In this document: positions 11,935 to 22,760 of the stretch, piece by piece | Layout: every line of letters starts with the position of its first letter | Position numbering within the stretch: the first letter of the stretch is position 1 | Assembly: GCF_048593235.1 (NCBI RefSeq) | Contig: NC_133620.1 | Span: 458,271,261 to 458,335,260 of the forward strand | DNA from: Sminthopsis crassicaudata | Taxonomy: Eukaryota | Direction: 5' to 3' | DNA length: 64,000 nucleotides | Made by a program: the position numbers and the translations under genes | Notes under the pieces: model-generated | What the model saw: only the letters and a program-made list of their open reading frames with translations | What the model was told of the DNA's origin: nothing | Databases searched by the model: none

Positions 11935-13030
11935 AAAGCATTTACTAAGAAATGATCCAAATGGATAATCTAGTGATAAATGAATATATTACAAAAGAAT
12001 CAGAACATGGAACGTATTACCTATCAGACATATAGATAAAACAATTTATGAATAAATCAGTGTTATGAAGTATAAAATGGATAATTTTGATTACATTTAA
12101 GTTAAAAGGATTTTCTACAACCAATCAGTATAGCCAAAACTAGAAGAAAATTAGAAAACAGGGGATATGTTTATAGACACTCTCAGATAAAGGTCTCATT
12201 TCATAAATATATAAAGAACTTTGTCATTTATAAGAATACAAGTCATTCCCTAATTGAAAAATGGTCACAATATATGAGCAGACATTTTTTTATGATGAAA
12301 TCAAAACTCTTAGGAAAAAATTCTAAATTATTGATAGAGAAATGCTAATTAAGAAAACTTTGAGATATATTTTGCCTATCAGAGCTGCTAAAAAGGATAG
12401 ATTCCCTTCAATTGGGAAATGACTAAACAAGTTAACACGTTAGATTGTGATGGAATACTACTGTGTTAAAAAAAAAAATGAGCTGGTTGATTTTAGAAAA
12501 AAACATGGAAAGACTTGCATGAAATGAAGTGAAATGAGCAATCCCCAGAGAATGTTGAACATAATAACAGAACTATTGTCCTGAGAACAATTTTGAATGA
12601 CTTATTATAAATCTCCAAATTAACTACAAAACTACAAAAGACCTAAGAAGAAAGATGCTCTTCACTTCCAGAGAAAGAAGTGATAAATAGAAGTATGTAT
12701 AATGTGGTTTTACACATGTGTGTCTGTATGTGTGTATGTGTGGGAGATATACATTTAATCATATCCTTCTCTAGGTAGGGTGGGAAGGAAGTGAGAAAAT
12801 ATGTACACAGCAGTGAACAAAAGAAAACTTAGAAGCATAGAAAAAGCAGAGTAGCTTTGAAAACAATGTATAGTATTATATAGTATTCAAGAAAAAATAA
12901 ACAGTCTGAAATGAAAATTCATGGTCTTATATTAGTCTATGTTGTGTTGTGTACACTGAAAAGATTTTAGGCTTTGTTTTGTTTTTTCTTTTTGTATTTA
13001 AGTTCAAAGTAAATAAAAAAATTTTTTTTT
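11935..13030 (+). mobile_element. Old L1 3' portion
   Basis: Degenerate ORF2 sequence (gatactactgtg, gaagtgaaatgagca) and A-rich 3' end. Confidence 0.65.
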
Positions 13031-15654
13031 AAAAGTGAAGTCAATAAGATGTACAAAGGACAGTGTGGTTAACACTTTTTCCATAAGGGCCTTTTGGCAG
13101 CCCAGTGATGTCTATGTTATTAAATGCATAAAATAAAATATCTAAGATTACAGAAACTAATTATGTTCAAATATAGTGATCAAAACATTTTAATATTTTA
13201 TTTTTCCCCAGTTACATAAAAAATTTTAACAGTTTTTAAAACTCGAGGTTCCCGATTCCCTTCCCTTCTCCCCTCTTCCCTCCATTGAGAAGGCACAAGT
13301 TATGCAAAACATTCCCTAAAAAGTCATGCAAAACATTTTTTAAAAACAAGTCTATGGAATATGTTTAATTTCATATTATTGAAACATATATATTGCACAT
13401 ATATAACATATATGAGATTGCTTGCCATCTTGGGGAGTGGGCAGAGGAGAAAAAAATAGAAATAAAAATCTTAGAAAAGCAAATGTTGAAAACTATTTTT
13501 ACATGTAATTAGAAAAAAATTTAAAAATACTATTAAGTGGGAAAAAAAGTTCATGGGACCCCAAATTAAGTACCCTTGCCCTATAGTGGTTTCCAAGAGA
13601 TCTTGAGTGAAGGAGGCTGCCTAATTCTTGAACAGGTAGAGGGAATCCTTTTAGTTCTGTGAAGACTTCCTCTATTGGAACCCATAGCTACAGCTGCAGC
13701 CTTCCCCCCCCCCTTAAACTAGATCAGTTATTTTTTGTATCATTATCTTTGGCACATATTCCTGTCATCTAACAATCTTATGTGGGTATGACTTCCCTCT
13801 TCCAGAAAACCTCTTACCTCCAGATGATTAGGACTATAGATAGTCCTGTAGACTCCTGATACTTTTTAGGGGACTCTATAATGTGCTTACATAATAAAAC
13901 AGCTTTTTGGGTTGCCATCCCTCTGAGACACGAAGTTTTTTTTTCTTATATAAACTTTTTCTCTTCCTCAGTAATTTGAACCTGTGCTTATGCATTTATT
14001 GTATTCATTCTCCAGCAACATTGGATGTCAGGCCCTTTTTAAAAATAAGTATGTTAGACTTATTGGAACTTACAAAAACAGGCAGTAGTCACAAACATGA
14101 CACTCCTTTTTCTCTCCTGCCTTAAATGATCATTTCTATGCAAAGGACTCCCTGAGTTTTATCTCCCACTTCCACCTTTTCTGGTCCACATTTCTAAATA
14201 CCTGGCAAGTATACTATAACCTCATCTGCCCTTATTAGCCCTCACACTCAGTGTGATCACTTAGCTCAATCTCTCCTCTTTGATACCCTTTTCCCAACTA
14301 CCCTTACCATGCTTGAGCAGACTGGATAACGACACAGGCACAAAATGGGTCTGCTGCCCTTCAGTCTAGTGACACCTATGGACCTGTCTTAGAATTTTAA
14401 AATGCAAAAAACCCAAAACACATTGGATTATAAAGGAAAACAGTTACATTAAAATGCAATTAGAAAAATAATTTTTAAAACATACTGTTTTTCACTTTTT
14501 TGTTTGAATCTTCTTGCATAAATGTCTTATGGAAATGTTTTATATCATTGCACATATTTAATACATTAGATTACTTATAGTCTCAGGAAGGAGGTATCGG
14601 GAAGGGAGAAATACAATTTGGAACTCAAAAGTTAAAAAAAAAAATGTTAAGAATCATTTTTATTTGTATGGAGGGGGAAATAAAATGATTTTTTAAAAAG
14701 GCTATTACTCTAGGTGATTTTATCAGTTCTCATGCGGTTTTTTAATCCTATTAATTATGCCCTTCCAGATATACATATTTAGTCTCAGGCTTTCTCCTTG
14801 AGTTTCAGTCTTGAATCAACAACTAATTGCTGTTGGACCCTTCAAATCAAATGCCCTGAAAAACTCCCAAACTCAACATGTTCAAATAGAATTATCTTTC
14901 CAAATTCTTATTTTTATTTTCTTGCTGAGGCAATTGGGGTTAAGTGATAGTTACATAGCTAGGAAGTGTTGAGTGTTTGAGGTCACATTTGACTCCTGAC
15001 TTTAGGGTTGGAGTTCTATTCACTGCGCTCCTAGCTGCCCCAGCTTTCCAAATTCTTTAGTAATCAGGGTTTAGTTCTTTGTTTTCTAGGTTGAAATTGT
15101 CAATTTCATTGTTGAAGGTGGAATTTGAACTCGGTCTTCCTGACTCCAGGCAGAGCTCTATCCTTTGAGTCACTTAGCTCCTCGACTTGTTTTCTAAAGA
15201 TAACATCCTCCTCCTAATCTCCCAAACCCATAATCTTGGTGTGGTGTCTTAACTTCTCATTCTAATTCCAAGGTACCAAATCTTGCCATTTTTGCCTCCA
15301 CAAAATCTCTTGTAGCTAACTTAATTTTAAAAAATGATCTCTTCTCATTGCATGTCCCCCTCCATTTTTTAACAAAAACAAAGAATTAAACCCGCCCAAC
15401 AAACTCAGAGAGCAGCAAAGTAACCCCTCCCCCCACTAGCCATGTCCGAAAGTCCAAGTCTCATTCTGGATTTTAAGGAGGTCAACCCCTGGAGCAGGAC
15501 GTGATTCATGCTCAGGCCTCTGGACTTCCATTGTCTCATTGTGAGCATATTTCTAAAGACTCTCAGAAGTGTCTTTTCTTTAAAATGTTCAAATTTTGGT
15601 CATTGCATTCATTGTTTCCTCTGAATCTGTCATTTCTCCATTCTTATGCTACAA

Positions 15655-16110
15655 TATCACATAACTTTTTTTTTTAAATAAAAGCTTTTGATTTTCAAAC
15701 CACATGCAAAGATGGTTTTCAACATTCACCCTTGCAAAACCTTCTGTTCCAAATTTTCCCCTCTCTTCTCCCCCCCCCCTCCCCAGGCGGCAAGTAATCC
15801 AATATATGCTAAACATGTGCAATTCTCTATACATATTTCTACAATATCACAGGAAAAATCAGATCAAAAAGGGGAAAAAATGAGAAAACAAAACGCAACT
15901 AACAAGGAGAAAATCCTGTGCTGTGATCCCACGCTCGGGCCTCCCAGCGCCGCGTCCCGAGCGGACTCTCTCCGCTCTCTCCGTCACAAGACATTTCTAT
16001 ACCCGATCTGTTCGGCGGCTCCCTGATAACTGGGCCCCAACCTCATATCCATTTTTGGCTACCGTGAAGAGAGCTGCTACTAAAGTTTTTGTCCGTATGT
16101 GTGCTGAGTC
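15655..16110 (-). mobile_element. L1 3'UTR fragment, distal part CpG-enriched
   Basis: ttttcaacattcacccttgcaaaaccttctgttccaaattt matches the L1 copies at 46.1-46.75 kb and 55.15-55.47 kb. Confidence 0.8.
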
Positions 16111-16447
16111 CGCCACTCCGCTCAGGCTCCCATCGCCGTCTCCTCCCTGTTCTCCTTCCACTGCTTCTTCGTTCCATCCATCTTCTGTAGGACACCCGGG
16201 CAGAGCTGACGGTCACTCCCCTCCTCCTTAGCTCCCATGGCTCCCTACCGCCCCAGACCACTTTCCTTTGACTTTTAGCATCCCTGCACCTGGTTCTATG
16301 CTCATTATATAACAGCCATGTGGACGCTTCACATACACTGGGTTCGGTTCCCACAACTACCCTCGAGGCGGATGCTACGAAGGTCCCTCAGCGTTAGAGC
16401 CGAGGTGGCTTCGGGTCCCGATTCCGCGTACGGCCTGCGAGCCACTG

Positions 16448-16461
16448 GCGCCACCTAGAGG
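16448..16461. promoter_or_regulatory. CTCF-like site
   Basis: GCGCCACCTAGAGG closely matches the CTCF core GCGCCACCTAGTGG and lies in a CpG island. Confidence 0.6.
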
Positions 16462-17379
16462 CCGCCTCCTGCGCCGCTGCCCCCTGCCTCGGCTTCCCAT
16501 AACCCCCCTCTCGGGCGCCATCAGCCCCCAAACCTCTGAGGCTCCCGGTGGCCTGGAGTGCCAGGCTCCTCCGGACGGCCCTCCATTTATAGGCTCGCGC
16601 AGATGCGCGTCTTCTCCTGATAGAAGGGACGTGGGCCCCCCCGGAGCTGGCGAGGCACCTGGCACATAATGGGCACCGACATTTGGCGACTCCCATTGTC
16701 ACATGGAGCTACTGACCAAATCCGGCCGATTCTACCTTTCCCCCACTTCCCCCGGTTCCGGTCTCCGTCTCTTGCCACTTTCCCCTTTCCGCCTCCCTGA
16801 TTTGTTCCTCCCTTCACCTCCCCACGTTAATGCTCACTTTCCCGTCTCGCAGTTGCTCTAACATCATCGCCAATCCCCCGACAGTCCTGGAGAAATGCTC
16901 CCTCTTTTCCCCTTCCCTGGGACCTCTGAAACTCAGCTCGTCTCCTTATTGAAAAAGCCGTCCTGGGCCGTCCCCTTACACTGACAGAATTACTTCTCTG
17001 ACCCTCGAGGGCAGGAATCGGTTTCTGGGTTTGTTTTCCCCCCCATATGATCAGCCCCGAGCATAATGGCAGGCACACAGCAGGCGCCTAATAAATTGCT
17101 TATTGGCGGAATGTTCCTACAAGTGGGCCAGTCCAGCTAGAACTATTGGGGGAAGGGGATGGAACAACAGACCCGGCCACAGGTCTTCGGGACCAGGGTT
17201 AGGCTGCCGAACCCGCACCGTGGGGGGAGGGATACGAAGAGCTTTCCCACAGCCGGTGCAGCTCTGTCCCTAGAGTCAAAGACCCCGGGGTAGACCCAGA
17301 ACATTCCCAGAGTACTTCCAGCACAGACTCCGAACCTCGCGGGCCAATCCCACCTTTCCCCGCTCGAAGGAAAGGATCG

Positions 17380-17720
17380 GTAAACCCATTTCCGGGATCA
17401 AGCCGAACGGCGGTTGCTGGGTAACGACGCCTACTTCCGGCTTACGAACGGCTCGTCAAATGACGTTCAACGGGCGCTATGCGAGACTCTGCCCCTCTTT
17501 CTAGTGACCTTCACGATGCGGTCAGAGGGGGGCGAGCCGGAAAGGCCTTGCGAGAGAGACGATGATTGGCTGGTGGTGGCTCGAGGAGGTTGGCGGCCGT
17601 TGATTGGCCGAGGGCGCGCAGATGGCTGGTCCCTGATTGGTTGGGGACTGTAGACAACCACCCCAAAGAGCCGCCACCACTATTCGCCTCTCACTTCTCC
17701 CCAGGACCTCTGCCCCTAGG
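17380..17720 (+). promoter_or_regulatory. CHCHD2 CpG-island promoter
   Basis: Three ATTGG (inverted CCAAT) boxes at 17565, 17603 and 17636, spaced 38 and 33 bp as is typical for NF-Y. ACTTCCGG ETS site (about 17433) and TGACGT CRE half-site (17461). Confidence 0.7.
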
Positions 17721-17728
17721 AGTCGAAT

Positions 17729-20700
17729 ATGCCGCGCGGAAGCAGGAGCCGGACCTCCCGGGTGGCCCCACCGGCCAGGTAAGAGACGAGGCGACGCCGG
17801 GTGACGAGACCGTGGCGGGGTGGCTCCGGGGTAAAGCCAGAAGGCGAAGAACGGGAGCTCGAAGCGCTGTGACGCAGCCGGGAAGGCCGCGGGAGGAGGG
17901 GCAGCTGCTCCTTGGGTTCTCGTCGTCCCTCCTCCACTCTTCTCGCGGGCCTCTAGCTCCCCTCGAGGGCCATGTGATTCACGAGGGGGGGAGGGGAGAA
18001 AATTTCCAGCAGTTTCTTGGAGGCCCGGGCTGCGCAGTTCATCTCCCGGCTCTGGGGAGGTTGGGAGGAACGAACTAGGATCGGACCGCGGCCACACTGA
18101 CCCGGATCTTGAACGTCCGGGGCATAGGGGTGGGCCCCAGAAGGGCGGATCTCGGACCTTGTCCCGACCGTTACCACCCGCTCCCGCCCCGGGCCCATGC
18201 TTTTCCTCCCGAGCTTTTGGGCTTCGGGCCTTGATTACTCTTAATGACTCAAAGGCTGGATGAAGAAAATTGAAAAAGAAAAATCTAGTTTCAAATAAAT
18301 TGTAATGAGATTTCTGGCGTTAACACCGGGATGTAAAGTCCCCTTTCCCGCAACCCCGAATAATCATTCCTGGCCCTTCTCCCCCTCCCCCCTCCGAGCG
18401 CTCTTGTCAGTGATCTCCAGGGACTCCTCTCACTATTGGGAGAAAGCCCAAATCTCTGAGCCCATCCTGACTCCCCTCCCCCAGTTCTCTCGTCAGTGTC
18501 TGGAGCTCGCTCCCACCTCCCTCCAGCTTCTCCGAGCCGCAGCTAAAATACTGCCTCCCTGGGTGATGATTTCGGATTTATCCTCTCTGCGTCTCCCCCG
18601 CAGCTGCTTTTGCACTCCCTCCCCCGTCCCCTGCCGCCTTAGACCGACCTCTAGCTCTAAAGCAGCTGGTACGTAATAGGTGCTTAATAATAGTAGTTGA
18701 CCAAAGAAACCAATTACGTTGACTTGCGGTTATCAAAAGAAAAAACTCAGTTCATGGAAAATGAACTAAATTAAGAAGCTTAAGTTTTGGTTTTGAATTC
18801 TTGATCAGGTCCTAGAGCCAGCATCCACAGCTCCTGTTGCCCCATTTGGGGAAGGTCCTTGCCTTCCTGCTCTGCAAACGCGGGATTGCATTAGATTGGA
18901 GGACTTTGCTGCTTCCAGTCCTTTGAGCCTAAATGAAATCCACTGCCTGATTGGGTCTTGGGGCCACCCTCAGTCCCATGGGACTTGAAATACTCAACCA
19001 GTGTTATACAGGACCCTAATGATGGATGTCTCCTGCTTGCCACAGGGAGGAGAGTGGAGTTTATCTCCTCCTTGCTTTTTGTGGTTGGTTTTAAGAGGCA
19101 TGATCTGTTTTCTGCCTGAAGCTTCCAGATTGCTTTTGTGTCTCATTTCATTGAGGCTTCAAATTGCTTTATCCTATCTATCTACATAGGACGGAGAATC
19201 TTTTAAAAAGGGGGAGGGATAATCCAGTGACAGCCATTAATTGAACCCAGTTCTTGATCTGTGAACATTTTTCTTTTATACCAGAAAGATTTTTGAGGTC
19301 TTTTACTAGTATGGAGGCAAATATAATTCCTGGTTTGGGACTAGAGGTATAAATACTGTTTAATATGATTATGCTTTTAAAAAGTTTTTTGTCAATATCT
19401 TTCATTTTTATATCCCCTATACTTTCTTCTTTTCATAACTTAATACAAAATCACCATAAAACCCCAGTGTTATTGGGGTTTGCATAGCAATAATAAAAAC
19501 AGATGATATTTTAAATAAAGATGCAGGTTATTCAAATGGTAAATGTTCAAGACTCTTTCCCTTTGCTAATTATCTTGGTCATTTTGTAATAGCATCTTGT
19601 CTGTCTTTTTACAGTCGGGCACCCCCCATGAGAGCTGCACCTGCACCAGCAGCCCACCCTCCAGCAGCAGTCCCACCATCTGCAGTTGCAGCTCCTGCTG
19701 CTGCACCCAGGCAGCCGGGTTTGATGGCCCAAATGGCTACCACCGCAGCTGGAGTAGCAGTGGGCTCGGCTGTGGGCCACACTATTGGTCATGCCATTAC
19801 TGGTGGCTTCAGTGGTGGGAGTAATGCTGAGCCTGCAAGGCCTGACATCACCTACCAGGTAAATATGTCCAGAACATGCTATGTACATGCCTCATTCTTC
19901 TCCAGGACTGTCTTATTTCCTTATTCAGTAAGGGGCATTTATCAGAGGGCTCTGGTCATGTTGCACCTAGGATCGTGAGGTATCAGACTGTATTAGAAAT
20001 TAAACTCATTCATCTTCCCAAAAGGGGAGATTTTAGAGGTTAGTCCTGAATCATTTCCTCAGTTTCCTTTTGGATTGATCTTTAAGTGCTAATTGTCTTA
20101 GAGCTTTCAGCCTTTTCTTGCCTTTGAGTCTTTCCCTTACTCATATGTTCATTCTTCTGTGTTTTGTGGCCTTAGTTGTTCCTCCCTCTCTCTGTCTCTC
20201 TGTGTCTTTTGTAGGAGTGTATAAAACTCCAATCTAGCCATCATCTAGTCTAATTTAAAAAAAAGAAAATTGTTTGGGTGGTGATCTTTGAAAAGTATTT
20301 GCTCAAGATGCCTTTCTCCAGTATCTTAAGTGTTGTCTTTTCAGGAGCCTCAGGGAGCCCAGCCAGGGTACCAGCAGCAGCAGCAGCAGCAGCAGTTCAG
20401 CCCCTGCCACTATGAGATGAAGCAGTTCTTGGAGTGTGCCCAGAACCAGGGCGACCTCAAGCTATGTGAGGGCTTCAGTGAGGTGCTGAAGCAGTGCAGG
20501 TTTGCAAATGGTAAGCGCCAATGCGCCCTGGGGCCTCCCTTTCTTGTGTTCTGAAGGCATTGTCAGGAGGGCTGCTGGGAAGCCCAGGGCCTCTCCTAAG
20601 GAGAGCAAGCGCTCTGAAAAGAAGTGATAGCAGACTGCTTTTGTGAGAGCTGCCTTTCTGCCGAGCACAAGGAAAGCTGAGCTGTCAATAGAAGGGACTG

Positions 20701-20988
20701 CTGAGGGCAGGATGGGTTCCCTGTGGTTAAGGTCCTCAAACTGAGCCTCTTATCTTCTGTGCAGCCTTCTGAGGCACGGGGGCTGTATGACTAACCTCAT
20801 TATGCCAGGGAAAATGGGGGCTCAGATCAGATGACATGCCTATGACAGCACACAGTGAGATTTGAACTGGGATCTGCTGGGCTCTCTGCCACCACCTGGC
20901 CAACTGTGTGGGTTATGATAGTGCTAGAACTTCTGAAGTTGTTAGTAAATGTAATATTCATCTTTTTTCTTTTGTAGGATTAGCCTAA
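17729..20988 (+). CDS. CHCHD2: Coiled-coil-helix-coiled-coil-helix domain protein 2 (mitochondrial), 156 aa
   Basis: Exons 17729-17778, 19615-19858, 20345-20510 and 20978-20988 total 471 nt, all introns GT-AG. Protein reads [17 protein letters not shown]...[34 protein letters not shown]...CX9CX9CX9C...ANGLA*. AATAAA at 21298-21303. Confidence 0.97.
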
Positions 20989-21914
20989 TTGAGACCTTCA
21001 AAAAGAAGAATGAAAAAAATCAACTCTGAAGACCAATCTAATTTAACATAATTCATAATTGGTAGTGAAATGATAAAGAAAGATGAGACCATCCCTACTT
21101 TGTTTCTTTTGTCTATTTATCACTAATGTCCTTTTGTTTCAGAACAACCTTCAAAAGAAAGGTATTCCCACTGGAGAGGATAACATGAGATGATATAAAA
21201 TGTTGCAATGAGGCAAATGCTTGTGTTCTCATCTAAACGAATGATTGTTATGTGAGCTCTCAGCAGAGTGGCTTGAGTCATTGTGGCTAGCAATTCAAAT
21301 AAAGTTATTTCCTCCTGGATATGACATCTGTAAGTGTGGAAATCAGAACTTGATTTATCTTTGGTTGGGGGAAAGGGTGTGATAAAAGCCTTAGAAGATA
21401 CCAGGTGGTCCTTGTTCCTTATTAAAAGTTTATTTAAAAGTTTGGGGCAGAATTGTTCAAAGGAGAGAGAGCTAGTGGAAGCTTTGTCACCAGAGAAAGA
21501 GAAATGGATCTTTAAAAACCTATGAATATTGGGTGGATTCCTTTGTTTTCATTCCTGTAGTGGTGACTTTTTATTTCTGAGATGAGGCTCAGTCTGTGGA
21601 TCCTGCCATTCACACGTGGCTTTTGTGAGCTTTGTCCAGCCCATGAGATCACAGGATCAGCAAGAAAACTGATTCTGTTCTTGTCAGCTTGTTGGTGATG
21701 AAATCCAGACGCAAGTGGTTTGTAGGACAGGCTGTTCTCTTAAGAGGTGCCAGAACTGCTTTGGCTCGATTGACTTGTTTCTTGGGTTTCCTGGAAATAA
21801 TCAGGCATTAGGTGGAAAATGGGATTTTTGTTGGGATCTAGGAAGGTGGGGGGGGGGAACAGTAGGGGAGAGGTGTAGGGGAAGAACAGTGTCATTGGGT
21901 CAGAATATGTAATT

Positions 21915-22760
21915 TAAGAAGATTGGAAAGGTAGGAAGGGTGAGGTTACAAAGGGCTTTGAATGCCAGACCAAATGCTCTTTTAGTGACTCCTGTGGACA
22001 TTAGGGAACCTGAGCAGAAGAGTGATACAGTCTGACCTGTGCTTTAGGAAAATGACTGCCACGGCCAAGTGGAGTGGGCAGAATACTCCAGGCAGGCTCT
22101 CCCCTCAGTTTGGACACAAGCTGATGGGGGGACTGCAGAAGGGGCCGTATGGAGCCCAGAAAGAGTGAGTTCCAGTGAAATGGAGGGTGGAGATTTTGAG
22201 CTTGGGGGAAGGGGAGGATGGTGTTAGTTTCTACAATAAAAGAGTGGTGGGGAGGGCCTGCAAGAGTGTAATGTAGGGCAAAAGAGAGTGTCTGGTTTTA
22301 GTCATATTTAAGATGTATCTTATTGGACACCCAGTTCAAAGTGTCTAAAAGACACTTGGAAATAAGAGGCCAGAGGAATTGGGTCGGGAAGGGTAGATCA
22401 GCATTAATCCATGGGAGCTGATGAGGTCAAGTGAAGTAGTTCAGAAGCAAAGAGGGCCCTGGGCAGAGCAGGTTTCTGAAGGACACCCACCATGAGAAAG
22501 GGGTCTGTAAGGGGATCCTGCCACCCCCATGGGCTGCTGCAGAACAGACCAAGAAAAGGATTTAATGGATAACTGGAGAGAGCTGGTCAGAGGCCAGATA
22601 AGGAGATGTGGAGTGGGAAAAGTGGAGGCACATGCTGAAGAGACCTCTAGAAGTAACTGGTGGAAAAGTCAAGGAGAGTTGGATGGGAAGAGGTCTAGCA
22701 GACCTTGAGGGTGCTGAGACTGAGCGGGGTAAGCCAAGCTTCTGTTCAGGGAGCCAGGAG
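21915..22760 (-). mobile_element. L2 LINE fragments
   Basis: aagggctttgaatgccagac...gagtgatacagtctgacctgtgctttaggaaaatgact is typical of antisense L2. Confidence 0.6.

Noticed and set aside
17522-18198. 170-191 aa ORFs over the CHCHD2 promoter and intron 1
   Set aside because: CpG-island ORFs. The true exon 1 is 17729-17778 in another frame.
20585-20672. Two hairpins with AAAAGA (H box) and ACA in CHCHD2 intron 3
   Set aside because: Only about 88 nt, the first hairpin has no 5' pocket strand, and it matches no snoRNA I recognise.
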